DNA from: Candidatus Acidiferrales bacterium
GTDB taxonomy: Bacteria > Acidobacteriota > Terriglobia > Acidiferrales > UBA7541
Direction: 5' to 3'
Length of the DNA stretch: 64,000 nt
Assembly: GCA_036520875.1 (NCBI GenBank)
Contig: DATDIT010000021.1
Location: 3,149 to 67,148 of the forward strand
Shown: positions 18,683 to 28,026 of the stretch, one piece after another
How positions within the stretch are numbered: the stretch's first letter is position 1
Layout of the letters: the number at the start of each line of letters is the position of its first letter
Position numbers and translations under genes: made by a program
The notes under the pieces: model-generated
The model's database searches: none
The model's input: only the letters and a program-made list of their open reading frames with translations
Told to the model about the DNA's origin: nothing

Positions 18683-19861
18683 ATGGACAGACGATCTTTC
18701 TTCAAGGGCGCAGCCGCGTCTTACGCCGCTCTTGCCACTCAGCTCACAGCCAGCGCCGCACAGGTCGGCGCCGCACAAACCAGTCCTGCCAAAGTCACGA
18801 TGCCCGTGCGCAATGAGGATGCCGCAAAGCCTCGCAAAGTGCCCTACAAGCGGATTGCCACCGAAGAAGCCTGGGGCCCGACGGAAATGTTCGCAATGTA
18901 CCGCAAATTACTCGACGAAAATCCCTACGCCCACCCGGGTCTAGCCAGCATGTGGGGAGACAGCGGCGGCAGCCGCAACGAGGCAGGCGGCAGCGGCGGC
19001 AATCCGATCGTTACCAGGCTGGTCGATATGGGCGAGCGCCGCATAAATGACATGGACGCCAGCGGCATCGACGTCGCGCTCCTGCTCCTCACCGCGCCCG
19101 GCGTGCAGGTCTTCGATGCCGCAACCGGTACCTCGCTCGCGGCCTCGACCAACGATCAGCTCGCCGAGTCAATTCGCAAGTATCCCACTCGCTTCGCAGG
19201 TCTGGCAGCCATCGCTCCGCAGGACCCAAAAGCCGCCGCCAAGGAAATCGAGCGCGCCACGAAACGCCTCGGCCTGAAAGGAGCCGTCGTCAACTCACAC
19301 ACCGAAGGCGAATATCTGGACGACCCTAAATTCTGGGAAATCTTCGAGGCCGCCGAAGCCCTGAATGTGCCGATTTACATTCATCCTCGCGAACCTTCCC
19401 CGCAAATGCTTCAGCCGTTCCTGCAACGTGGAATGGAGCGGGCGCTCTACGGCTTTGGTGTCGAGGTCGGCCTGCATACGCTCGCGCTCATTACCAGCGG
19501 CGCGTTCGATCGTTTCCCGAACCTCAAGATCGTCATTGGCCATGCCGGCGAGGCACTTCCGTATCTGCTGTATCGCATCGACTACTTCCAGGTCCACAAA
19601 AAGCCGTTCATGCCAAAACTGAAGATGCTCCCCAGCGAATACATGCAGCGCAATATCTACGTAACCACCAGCGGCGTTCCGTGGGCGCCCGCGATCCTGT
19701 TGGCGCAATCCGTGCTGGGAATGGATCGCGTGCTCTATGCGATGGATTACCCCTACCAGTTTCAAATCGAGGAAGTCACGATGACGGACAACCTGCCGTT
19801 GAGCGATGCCGACAAAAAGAAACTCTTCCAGACCAACGCGGAAAGCGTCTTTTCATTGTGA
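18683..19861 (+). CDS. amidohydrolase-2 (ACMSD-like) family metal hydrolase/decarboxylase with twin-arginine signal
   Basis: ATG at 18683 gives MDRRSFFKGAAASYAALATQLTASA, which is Tat-like (RRSFFKG). The body has amidohydrolase_2-like segments (VPIYIHPR, IVIGHAGE, YAMDYPY). The ORF-track start at 18536 adds 49 codons that look non-coding. Confidence 0.8.
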   Translation: MDRRSFFKGAAASYAALATQLTASAAQVGAAQTSPAKVTMPVRNEDAAKPRKVPYKRIATEEAWGPTEMFAMYRKLLDENPYAHPGLASMWGDSGGSRNEAGGSGGNPIVTRLVDMGERRINDMDASGIDVALLLLTAPGVQVFDAATGTSLAASTNDQLAESIRKYPTRFAGLAAIAPQDPKAAAKEIERATKRLGLKGAVVNSHTEGEYLDDPKFWEIFEAAEALNVPIYIHPREPSPQMLQPFLQRGMERALYGFGVEVGLHTLALITSGAFDRFPNLKIVIGHAGEALPYLLYRIDYFQVHKKPFMPKLKMLPSEYMQRNIYVTTSGVPWAPAILLAQSVLGMDRVLYAMDYPYQFQIEEVTMTDNLPLSDADKKKLFQTNAESVFSL

Positions 19862-21196
19862 CCGCACTCGCAGCCGCGCCTGCGCGGCCCGAGTCAGCAA
19901 CAAATAGATGACGGCGCTGCCACCGGTAACCACCAGCAGCCCCACGATTTCTGCGCGCGACGCCAAGGCAATCAGAAGCAGCATGCTGCCAATGCCAATC
20001 GCAGCCGCGGCTCCGAGCCAACGGAAGTTCAACGGCGCGCCGGCTACGGCCACGCCACGGCGCGCGAGCCGCCAAGCTGCCGCGCATCCGCCAATGTAGA
20101 AGACCGCCGTGGCCAGTGTTGAGAGGACGGCCAATTCTGCAAAGGTTCCACTCAATGCGAGTCCGGCCGTCAGCCCCGCGTAGCACAAAATCGCGATATG
20201 CGGCGCATGGGTGTGCGGGTGGACGCGCCCGAGCGCGCGCGGCAGCAATCCGTCGCGTGCGAAAGCAAACAGCATTCGCGGCGTGCCGAGGATGTCACTG
20301 CCAATCCAGCCGAACATCGATAATCCAGCACCTGCCAGCATCAGCAGGCGCAGCGTGGGATTAATCCGCGCCATCGCGTCGGCCAGCGGCACTGTCGAAT
20401 GCGCCAGCGCAGGACCAAGAATCCCCTGCGCGATCACTTGAATGGTGATGTACAGCCCCATAACCGACATCATCCCCATCGCCAGTCCCCGCGGAATGGT
20501 GCGCGACGGTTCGGCTATCTCGCCGCTCGCCGCCAAGGGCGTCTCCATGCCAGAGCACACGAAGAGGGCGAGAATCACAGCGCGACCCAGTCCCGAAGTG
20601 CTCACATGTATTCTCGGCACAAAATTCGCGCGATGCATTGCGCCAACGCCGGCGATCACAAAAATCGCGAACGGAACCAATTTGAGCGCGGTTGCCGCAT
20701 CCACCAGCCGCGCCCCGCGCGCCACGCCGCGGGTATTGACCAGCGCGATGCCGCCGATCACCCCAATGATCACCGCCGTATGCGTCGGCGCCACCAATCG
20801 CGCCGGCAGCACACTAACAGCCACGTCAGCAAGGGCCGCAGCCACTCCGCCGCAAGCGAGAGCATCGCCCAGCCACAGCATTGTGCCGGCGATGTACCCC
20901 GCAAGGGGCCCAAAAGCTGCTTCGATATAGCCGTAGGCTCCGCCGCTCGTCGGCATCCGGCTGCCGCCCTCGGCAAAGCAAATGGCCACCGCTCCGATCG
21001 CCACCCCGCAGACCAGAAACGCCCCAGCTGCATACATGCCCATGGAAGCGGCGAGCTCGCTGGGCACCGCAAAGATTCCGGCGCCGATAACGATGTTGAT
21101 GATACTCGCTGCCAGCGCCCAGGTTCCGACGGCTCGCACCAGCCCGGCATCGCGTTGGTTCTCGTTCACGCGCAGTACCCTAGCATGCGCGAGCAT
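19853..21196 (-). CDS. APC-superfamily amino acid permease
   Basis: It has about 12 TM helices and an N-terminal consensus-like segment LVRAVGTWALAASIINIVIGAGIFAVP. The start is taken at ATG 21196, and 21253 is an alternative. Confidence 0.8.
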   Translation of the reverse strand: MLAHARVLRVNENQRDAGLVRAVGTWALAASIINIVIGAGIFAVPSELAASMGMYAAGAFLVCGVAIGAVAICFAEGGSRMPTSGGAYGYIEAAFGPLAGYIAGTMLWLGDALACGGVAAALADVAVSVLPARLVAPTHTAVIIGVIGGIALVNTRGVARGARLVDAATALKLVPFAIFVIAGVGAMHRANFVPRIHVSTSGLGRAVILALFVCSGMETPLAASGEIAEPSRTIPRGLAMGMMSVMGLYITIQVIAQGILGPALAHSTVPLADAMARINPTLRLLMLAGAGLSMFGWIGSDILGTPRMLFAFARDGLLPRALGRVHPHTHAPHIAILCYAGLTAGLALSGTFAELAVLSTLATAVFYIGGCAAAWRLARRGVAVAGAPLNFRWLGAAAAIGIGSMLLLIALASRAEIVGLLVVTGGSAVIYLLLTRAAQARLRVRSQ

Positions 21197-21300
21197 GCCC
21201 GCACAGCCCCTTGCATCGCCGCAAGAAACGCGTTTTGCTTGTAACCGCGCCACCCTATTGCATACAATCGCGGACGCTTATAACTCCTCGGGGGAACTGA

Positions 21301-22299
21301 ATGAGCAAGCGGATTGCCGCGAAAATTACCGCTGTAGCCGGTTACGTTCCACCGCGCGTCGTCACCAATGCCGATCTCGAAAAAATTGTCGACACCAATG
21401 ACGAATGGATTCGCACCCGCACCGGCATTCGCGAACGCCATTATGCCGAGCCTGGCGTAGCCTCCTCCCATTTGGGTACAGAGGCCGCCAAGAAACTCCT
21501 GGCAGCGAAGGGCCTGGCTCCGGAAGAGATCGACATGATCGTGGTTGCAACCGTTACGCCCGACATGCTTTTCCCCGCCACCGCGTGTCTGATCCAATAC
21601 CGCCTGGGAGCCACCAAAGCCTGGGGTTTCGATCTCTCTGCTGCATGTTCCGGGTTCGCTTACGCGCTCACCGTGGGCGCGCAGTTCGTTGGCGCAGGAT
21701 CGCATAAGAAAGTTCTCGTCATCGGCGCCGATGTGATGACCTCCATCCTCGATTTCAAGGACCGCGCCACCTGCGTTCTTTTCGGTGATGGCGCGGGAGC
21801 CGTTCTCTTGGAACCGGCCGCAAACGATACCGAGGGAATTATCGATTTCTCGCATGATATTGACGGTTCCGGCGGCGAAAATCTCTACATGCCCGCCGGC
21901 GGCTCTCTGCACCCGCCATCGTGCGAAACCGTCGAAAAACGCATGCACTACGTTCACCAGGAAGGGCAGCAGGTCTTCAAATATGCGGTTAAGCGTCAGG
22001 CCGAACTCGCCTGCCAGATGCTCGAACGCAATGGAATCTCCAGCCGCGACCTCGCCCTCGTCGTCCCCCACCAGGCCAATCTCCGCATCATTCGCGCCAT
22101 GCAAGAGCGCCTCGGCGTGGACGACTCGAAAGTCCTCGTCAATATCGACCGCTACGGCAACACCACCGCCGCCACAATTCCGCTAGGCCTGGTCGACGCC
22201 GTCGAACAGAAGCGCCTCCGCAAAGGCGACCTCGTCCTCGTCGTCGCCGTAGGAGCCGGTTATACCGCCGGCTCCGTCCTAATGCGCTGGGCCTACTAG
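21301..22299 (+). CDS. fabH: 3-oxoacyl-ACP synthase III (FabH)
   Basis: It shows clear full-length resemblance to FabH. Supporting segments are the active-site Cys in [14 protein letters not shown], the HQAN segment and the GNTTAATIP segment. Confidence 0.95.
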   Translation: MSKRIAAKITAVAGYVPPRVVTNADLEKIVDTNDEWIRTRTGIRERHYAEPGVASSHLGTEAAKKLLAAKGLAPEEIDMIVVATVTPDMLFPATACLIQYRLGATKAWGFDLSAACSGFAYALTVGAQFVGAGSHKKVLVIGADVMTSILDFKDRATCVLFGDGAGAVLLEPAANDTEGIIDFSHDIDGSGGENLYMPAGGSLHPPSCETVEKRMHYVHQEGQQVFKYAVKRQAELACQMLERNGISSRDLALVVPHQANLRIIRAMQERLGVDDSKVLVNIDRYGNTTAATIPLGLVDAVEQKRLRKGDLVLVVAVGAGYTAGSVLMRWAY

Positions 22300-22427
22300 C
22301 CCAAGTTTCGCCTCGGCCATCGCTTGCCTTGGCTCTCGCTTCGTTCGCCTGCCCAGACAATCCGCCCCGCTCCTCTTGTAGCACCGGTGTCTCCCCGGCT
22401 CTTTTCTTCGACTTCGCATTCGAAGGA

Positions 22428-22443
22428 GCACGGCATGCTGTGC
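22428..22443. repeat. short palindromic REP-like element, family A
   Basis: GCACGGCATGCTGTGC is present here. Related copies are GGGCACGGCACGCTGTGCCC at 61096-61115 and GCACGACATGTCGTACCC inside both 40-bp repeats at 54180 and 54289. Confidence 0.6.
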
Positions 22444-22504
22444 CCGGCACCCATGCTTGGCTACTTGCTCACCATCCGGCTCGCATGAACGGCCCGCTTA
22501 CGTT

Positions 22505-22590
22505 GTCATTCCGACCGGAGTGCGCCGACCTGCCTTTCCGTTCGCGCCTTCCGCGAACGTCGGCGCAAGGAGTTGAGAAATCCCTCTTGG
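22505..22590 (+). repeat. MITE/REP-like element, family B (GTCATTCYGA ... hairpin ... GA-rich end), copy 1
   Basis: The sequence is GTCATTCCGACCGGAGTGCGCCGAC...GTCGGCGCAAGGAGTTGAGAAATCCCTCTT. Nested inverted repeats are TGCGCCGAC/GTCGGCGCA and GTTCGCG/CGCGAAC. The location is intergenic. Confidence 0.6.
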
Positions 22591-22639
22591 AAATTTACCC
22601 TACCGCGCCTTGAAGGATCATTCTTGTCTTTGCTTTTTG

Positions 22640-22667
22640 TTCGCCCATTGCTATACTGCCCTGCGAT
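22640..22667 (+). promoter_or_regulatory. candidate sigma-70-type promoter of recA
   Basis: TTGCTT (22640-22645), a 16-nt spacer and TATACT (22662-22667) lie about 90 nt upstream of the recA ATG. This is pattern match only. Confidence 0.35.
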
Positions 22668-22756
22668 AAATGAGCCGTGCGGTCCCGCGCCACTCTGTTA
22701 GAATCGGGCCGCCCGCTGCGGCGGGACCTAAACGAAACACCCCTTCGAGGTAAATC

Positions 22757-23848
22757 ATGAACGACGAAAAGTCTAAAAACTTGGAATTGGCAATTGCGCA
22801 AATTGAAAAGGACCACGGTAAGGGTTCGATCATGCGGCTCGGGAATCGCGATGTTCTCGTCCCGGTCAGCGTGATTTCAACCGGCTCGATTTCGATCGAC
22901 GCGGCTCTCGGCGTCGGCGGCTTCCCGCGTGGCCGTGTAATTGAAGTGTATGGACCGGAGTCCGGCGGCAAGACCACGCTCACCCTGCATGTGATCGCCG
23001 AGGCCCAAAAGCTCGGCGGCATCGCTGCCTTCATTGACGCTGAGCACGCGCTCGATCCTGCTTATGCGCGCAAACTTGGAGTGGACATTGATAATTTGCT
23101 GGTTTCGCAGCCCGATAATGGCGAACAGGCGCTGGAAATTGCACAGGCTCTGATTCGCTCAAACGCCGTAGACATCGTCGTGGTGGACTCGGTGGCCGCG
23201 CTCGTGCCCAAGGTCGAACTTGAAGGGGATATGGGTGATCCGCAGATGGGTATGCAGGCGCGCCTGATGTCGCAGGCGCTGCGCAAACTCACCGCGATCG
23301 TTTCGAAATCCCGCACCTGCCTGATTTTCATCAACCAGATTCGCGAAAAAATCGGCGTGATGTTCGGCAATCCCGAAACCACCACCGGCGGCCGCGCGCT
23401 GAAATTCTATTCCTCGATTCGCGTCGATATCCGGCGCATTCAATCCATCAAGGAAGGCGACCGCGTGGTCGGGTCGCGCACCCGCGCCAAAGTGGTGAAG
23501 AACAAAGTTGCCGCGCCCTTCCGCGAAGCTGAATTTGACATCATCTACGGCGAAGGCATTTCCAGGGAAGGCGATTTGCTCGATCTAGGCGTAATGAAGA
23601 ATGTGCTGGAAAAATCTGGCACGTGGATTTCTTACAAGGGCGAGCGCCTAGGTCAGGGCCGCGAAAACGCGCGTCTCTTTTTGCGCGAGCATACCGACTT
23701 CCGCGACAAAATCGAGCATGACCTTCGCAAGGCGCTCGGTCTTGGGTCGCCCGCGAACGCCCCGGACGACAAAAAGCCGGCAGTCGAGCCCGAAAAACCA
23801 GCGGCGAAAGTTGCCGTCGCGGCAGGCCAGGGTCGCAACAACCGCTAG
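22757..23848 (+). CDS. recA: recombinase RecA
   Basis: The match is unmistakable. It has Walker [11 protein letters not shown], the FIDAEHALD segment, the L2 region and the [23 protein letters not shown] segment. Confidence 0.98.
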   Translation: MNDEKSKNLELAIAQIEKDHGKGSIMRLGNRDVLVPVSVISTGSISIDAALGVGGFPRGRVIEVYGPESGGKTTLTLHVIAEAQKLGGIAAFIDAEHALDPAYARKLGVDIDNLLVSQPDNGEQALEIAQALIRSNAVDIVVVDSVAALVPKVELEGDMGDPQMGMQARLMSQALRKLTAIVSKSRTCLIFINQIREKIGVMFGNPETTTGGRALKFYSSIRVDIRRIQSIKEGDRVVGSRTRAKVVKNKVAAPFREAEFDIIYGEGISREGDLLDLGVMKNVLEKSGTWISYKGERLGQGRENARLFLREHTDFRDKIEHDLRKALGLGSPANAPDDKKPAVEPEKPAAKVAVAAGQGRNNR

Positions 23849-23866
23849 CGCAACGCGATAATCGCC

Positions 23867-24421
23867 TTAGGCGGACGCGCTCGTTTGTGCCGCGCGCGGA
23901 TATCCCGCGCTGGCCATTACTTCTTCGCTCTGCGCCCGGTGCCGGTCGCAATGTGCCGCAACCAGCAGCAGCCACTGATACAGATCCAGTTCCCCGAATA
24001 CGCGATGCGCGAAGAAGTGCTGCCTCAAATCCACAGTGGTGGTTGCTGCAAACTCGTGCGTCCGCTGCCGCACTCGCTCAAATTCCTTCAATAGTTCCTC
24101 GTGCCCCCATCGGCCGGTCGGTGCGAGCATTTCCGGAGCTTGGAAACGGGTCACGCGGCCCGCCACGTCGGCGACCAGCGCGTCGTCGTTCATCGCAGCG
24201 CTCTTCGAGGGATCGGGGCCACTCTCAAGTGTCTTTTGAATGAGGCTGAGTACCCGCTCTTCCACGGCCGCGATGTGCTCCACGCATTCGGCGACCGACC
24301 AGCGGCCCGGCTCAGGGCGATAATGCCACTGTTCGCGCGAGAGGCCATCTCCCATCCGGTGCAGTTGTTCGCGGGATTCGGTCAAATTCTTCAAAACGGC
24401 TTCGCGTTCTCCTGGCGTCAT
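23867..24421 (-). CDS. DinB-family (DinB_2-like) metal-dependent protein
   Basis: It has a four-helix-bundle His triad context (WSVAECVEHIAAVE ... LLVAAHCDRH). ATG at 24421 is preceded by a GGAGGAG Shine-Dalgarno. Confidence 0.75.
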   Translation of the reverse strand: MTPGEREAVLKNLTESREQLHRMGDGLSREQWHYRPEPGRWSVAECVEHIAAVEERVLSLIQKTLESGPDPSKSAAMNDDALVADVAGRVTRFQAPEMLAPTGRWGHEELLKEFERVRQRTHEFAATTTVDLRQHFFAHRVFGELDLYQWLLLVAAHCDRHRAQSEEVMASAGYPRAAQTSASA

Positions 24422-24569
24422 AGCACTCCTCCGACGAGGCAGTTTATCGTGATCCAAGTGGCGCCATCATAGCCGAATTTGCCGTTTCTGGCCCACTAAA
24501 AGCTCCGAGTTAGAAGGAGCGCATGCGGCAAACTCAAAGGGTTTTTGGGGCGATTTGGATCAGAAATAA

Positions 24570-24899
24570 CTACGCTTCGGGATCGGGTTTGGGAGCGTAG
24601 GGATACTTCAAAGTTTTGCTCGTGTGGGCCACGCGGTATTCGTCCAATTCCTGATTGCTCAGCAAAAAATGGCTTTCGAGCGGATGATTTTCCGCGCCGG
24701 CTAGCTCGCGGCGCAGCTTATGGGAACAAACATCCGGCGCATCCTGATAGCGGACGCGGCGTGAGTCGAACGCTTCGTTGGTAATTGTGATTATGTATTC
24801 GCGCGGCTCTTCCTCGCGTTCTTTTACGGTAAAGGTGTACTCGCGGGACTGCGGCTTGGATTGGAAGCCAACGAATTGGACGATGAGGTTATCGATCAC
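24570..24899 (-). CDS. hypothetical protein (109 aa)
   Basis: The start is GTG, with GGGAGAAG upstream. The ORF lies just downstream of the csp terminator on the same strand. The composition is charged and looks coding. I recognise no family. Confidence 0.45.
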   Translation of the reverse strand: MIDNLIVQFVGFQSKPQSREYTFTVKEREEEPREYIITITNEAFDSRRVRYQDAPDVCSHKLRRELAGAENHPLESHFLLSNQELDEYRVAHTSKTLKYPYAPKPDPEA

Positions 24900-24970
24900 G
24901 TGGACTCTGCAACTTCTCCCTCACTACAACTTCTTTCTCACTGCGACGGCGACTGCTTGCGACTGCTGAC

Positions 24971-25007
24971 AAAAAAAAGAGCGGGCTGGCGATGAGCCGG
25001 CCCGCCC
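24971..25007 (-). terminator. intrinsic terminator downstream of the cold-shock gene
   Basis: On the minus strand, a GC-rich stem of about 11 bp (GGGCGGGCCGG ... CCAGCCCGCTC) is followed by TTTTTTTT. It lies 10 nt after the csp stop. Confidence 0.7.
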
Positions 25008-25015
25008 TTCTTCGA

Positions 25016-25231
25016 CTAGAGGCTAGTGACGTTCGCAGCCTGCAGACCCTTCGGTCCACGGGTAACTTCGAATTCAACCGCCTGGCCTTCGTTCAGCGAT
25101 TTGTAGCCCTCCGCCTGAATCGCGGAGAAATGAACGAAAACATCCTCGCCGGACTGGCGCTGAATGAACCCGAATCCCTTGCTGGCATTGAACCACTTCA
25201 CTGTTCCTTGTTCTCTCACTGATGTACTCAC
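25016..25231 (-). CDS. cold-shock protein (CspA family)
   Basis: The RNP1/RNP2 motifs [16 protein letters not shown] and DVFVHFSAI are present. The exact start is uncertain because several in-frame GTGs are available. Confidence 0.95.
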   Translation of the reverse strand: MSTSVREQGTVKWFNASKGFGFIQRQSGEDVFVHFSAIQAEGYKSLNEGQAVEFEVTRGPKGLQAANVTSL

Positions 25232-25551
25232 TTTTCTTTTAAGCTATTTGTGCTTCTCGACCGCCTCCAGCCGTAAAGCGAAAGAGGCCGCAAGTTGGAA
25301 CTTGCAGCCCCTTCAAACGAATCTAAAGGTGTTACAAGAGCAACAAACGCAGGCCAAACATAGCACGCTTTCCCCCTCCCCACTAGTGAATTCTCCGCAG
25401 TGCGCTCCGGTTGCCGACGAGACCGCGTTCGGCTTGAAGGAATTCCGTCGCAAGGAAATCGCGCGTGTGAAGAAGCGCGAGCGGAAGAGAAACGATCTCT
25501 CGATCGTCCCAGCGGCGGGCCGGGACAGGAAAAGAAAGACGCACTCTTTGC

Positions 25552-25575
25552 AAAAAAAACCGCAAAGGGATGCGG
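25552..25575 (-). terminator. intrinsic terminator downstream of the NIPSNAP gene
   Basis: The minus strand reads CCGCA-tcccttt-TGCGG followed by TTTTTTTT. Confidence 0.55.
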
Positions 25576-25694
25576 CACCCTAATAGTTTATTCGCGCCTT
25601 GAGGATAAATCGGGTGTGATTGTACACGCGAGGAATTTTTGTGAAGGGATGCGCCACCCGGCAAGGCCGCTCCACACCACGGCAAATAATTCGG

Positions 25695-26150
25695 TTAGCC
25701 CAAGGGCGGGGAAAAATCCGTCAACTTCAGAAACGTCGAATCGACTTTCTCGACTAATTTCCCATTCGCTTCCGATTTCGCTTTCACGCTCTGCCATTCC
25801 GGATCGTCCTGGAAGGCCTTCCAGTTGGCTGCCGCCGCTTCCCGGCTTGGATGCTCCAGCATGTAAAAGAAGGTAGTGCTTTTCACTGGTTCATCGAGCG
25901 CCGTCCAATACGCCACGCTCTTGATTCCATGTTTCGCAAAAAGGCTCATTGTGTGGTCGCGGAAACGCGCCACCAGGTCGTCAAGCTTTCCGGGAGACAC
26001 GTGATAAATGCGCAATTCGTAGACCGCAGTTGATCCAGGCACCGCGCCACCTCGCTCTTCCGCCGAAGCGAACGCCAACTTCATCGCCTCCGCTGCCCCG
26101 CCGGGCAACAGCGCGAGCGGGACTACGCCCAGCAATGTTCGCCTCTTCAT
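25695..26150 (-). CDS. NIPSNAP-family protein with signal peptide
   Basis: It has a signal-like N-terminus MKRRTLLGVVPLALLPGGAAEA. The NIPSNAP core is YELRIYHVSPGKLDDLVARFRDHTMSLFAKHGIKSVAYWT. Confidence 0.7.
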   Translation of the reverse strand: MKRRTLLGVVPLALLPGGAAEAMKLAFASAEERGGAVPGSTAVYELRIYHVSPGKLDDLVARFRDHTMSLFAKHGIKSVAYWTALDEPVKSTTFFYMLEHPSREAAAANWKAFQDDPEWQSVKAKSEANGKLVEKVDSTFLKLTDFSPPLG

Positions 26151-26272
26151 CCCGCGGATTCTACCAGAGATGATTCAGGAGTTGTGAAAGATCGGCGATC
26201 GCTTGCTCGTCTTGTGGCCTTTGGGTATAGTCTATCGCTCTCATTAGATACGCGCCCGGAGGATGCAGGCTT

Positions 26273-26899
26273 ATGCCGGGGTTCTTACAGAAGATTTTGC
26301 CGCGCGAGCAGTCCTTCTTTCGGATGTTTACGAACCAGGCGGAAAACGTCCAAGCTGGGGCGCAGGCCATGGTCGACATGTTGCAAAACTACAGCGACCC
26401 GGCGGCGGGAGCCAAGCGGGTGGAGACGTACGAGCATGCGGGGGACACGATCACGCATGACATCATGAAAAAGCTAAACCAGACGTTCATCACGCCCTTC
26501 GACCGGGAAGACATCCACGAACTGGCGAGCCGGATCGACGATGTAATCGACCTGGTGGATGCGGCGGCATCGCGCCTGATCATCTATCGAGTGAAAACGA
26601 TCCGTCCGGGGGTGCTGGAGCTCGCAACGACCGTCCGCGACGCCACGGCGCAGATCGTGGCAGCAGTGCGCGTGCTCGAAGAAGAGGACCACATCCTCGA
26701 TCATTGCATTGAAATCAACCGCCTGGAAAATGTGGCGGACCGCCAATGCCAGGATCTGATCGCCCAGCTCTTCGAGCAAGAAAAAGACCCCGTGCAGATC
26801 ATCAAGTGGAAAGAGATCATCGAGACTCTCGAGTTCGCCACGGACAAATGCGAAGACGTGGCGAACGTGATCGAGACCGTCATACTGAAGAACGCCTGA
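26273..26899 (+). CDS. DUF47-family (PhoU-like) phosphate transport accessory protein
   Basis: This is a 208-aa helical protein with TPFDREDIHELASRIDDVID and KWKEIIETLEFATDKCEDVANVIE. It is immediately followed by a PiT transporter, which is the classic gene pair. Confidence 0.85.
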   Translation: MPGFLQKILPREQSFFRMFTNQAENVQAGAQAMVDMLQNYSDPAAGAKRVETYEHAGDTITHDIMKKLNQTFITPFDREDIHELASRIDDVIDLVDAAASRLIIYRVKTIRPGVLELATTVRDATAQIVAAVRVLEEEDHILDHCIEINRLENVADRQCQDLIAQLFEQEKDPVQIIKWKEIIETLEFATDKCEDVANVIETVILKNA

Positions 26900-26914
26900 G
26901 CGGAAACCGCCTCC

Positions 26915-27910
26915 GTGAATCCATTCCGCCTTCTTGTCGTGATTGTCGTCATCAGCCTGGCATTCGACTTCACCAATGGGTGGCACGACGCGGCGAGTTC
27001 GATCGCCACGGTTGTCTCTACGCGCGTCCTCCGACCATTCTGGGCCGTCCTCTGGGCGGCCTTCTGGAACTTTGTCGCGCCCCTGACTTTCGGCACGGCC
27101 GTGGCGGCGACGGTCGGCAAGGGCCTGGTCCACCTCGAAATGGTGAATCAGTACGTGTTGCTGGCGGGACTGCTGGGAGCGATCGTCTGGAACTACGCGA
27201 CGATACGCCTCGGCATTCCGTGCAGTTCGTCGCATGCCTTGATGGGAGGCTACGGAGGCGCGGCGATTGCCGCCGCCGGATTTCGAGCCATCATCGTGGG
27301 CGGGTGGGTGAAACCTGTAATTTTCATCTTGATTGCTCCCGTGCTGGGTCTGGTTATGGGTGTTCTGGTGACCGTGGCGACGAGTTGGATCGTACGGAAG
27401 CAGGCGCCGTATCGAGTGGACTCATGGTTTCGCCGGCTCCAACTCATTTCGGCCGCCGGTTTTAGCTTCAGCCATGGCACGAACGACGCGCAAAAGAGCA
27501 TGGGAATCATTACGGCTGCACTGGTGACGAGCGGGTTGATTCCAAGCTACAAAGTGCCGAATTGGGTGATCATTTGTTGCGCGTTGGCAATGGCCGGGGG
27601 GACGATGGCGGGCGGCTGGCGCGTGGTCAAAACGATGGGTCAGCGAATCACAAAGCTTACGCCATTTGGCGGTTTTGCGGCGGAGACGTCGGCGGCGGTC
27701 ACGCTGATCTCGACGGCCGCAGCGGGAATCCCGGTGAGCTCGACGCACGTGATCACGGGCGCGATTTCAGGCGTCGGGGCATCACGACGACTTACGGCCG
27801 TGCGCTGGGGCGTTACGCGGCAGATCCTATGGGCCTGGCTTCTGACGATCCCCGGAGCCGGGCTGATGGGGGCCCTCTTTCACTTTCTGTTCTTAACCTG
27901 GGTGCGATGA
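26915..27910 (+). CDS. inorganic phosphate transporter, PiT family
   Basis: The duplicated PiT signature is present (FTNGWHDAASSIATVVSTR and FSHGTNDAQKSMGII). The protein is polytopic. Confidence 0.9.
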   Translation: MNPFRLLVVIVVISLAFDFTNGWHDAASSIATVVSTRVLRPFWAVLWAAFWNFVAPLTFGTAVAATVGKGLVHLEMVNQYVLLAGLLGAIVWNYATIRLGIPCSSSHALMGGYGGAAIAAAGFRAIIVGGWVKPVIFILIAPVLGLVMGVLVTVATSWIVRKQAPYRVDSWFRRLQLISAAGFSFSHGTNDAQKSMGIITAALVTSGLIPSYKVPNWVIICCALAMAGGTMAGGWRVVKTMGQRITKLTPFGGFAAETSAAVTLISTAAAGIPVSSTHVITGAISGVGASRRLTAVRWGVTRQILWAWLLTIPGAGLMGALFHFLFLTWVR

Positions 27911-28026
27911 CAAGAAACTAGGGCATCGCAATTTAGTTACCGGAGCGCCTTCTATTAAAGACGAGCCAAGACCCGCCATGAACCGTCTCTAAGCTTATGA
28001 CGTTCCTCCCACCGCCAATTTTTGAG

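Noticed and set aside
20399-21244. A 281-aa + strand ORF lies antisense to the APC permease.
   Set aside because: Its composition is extremely Arg/His/Pro-rich. It is a shadow of a membrane-protein gene.
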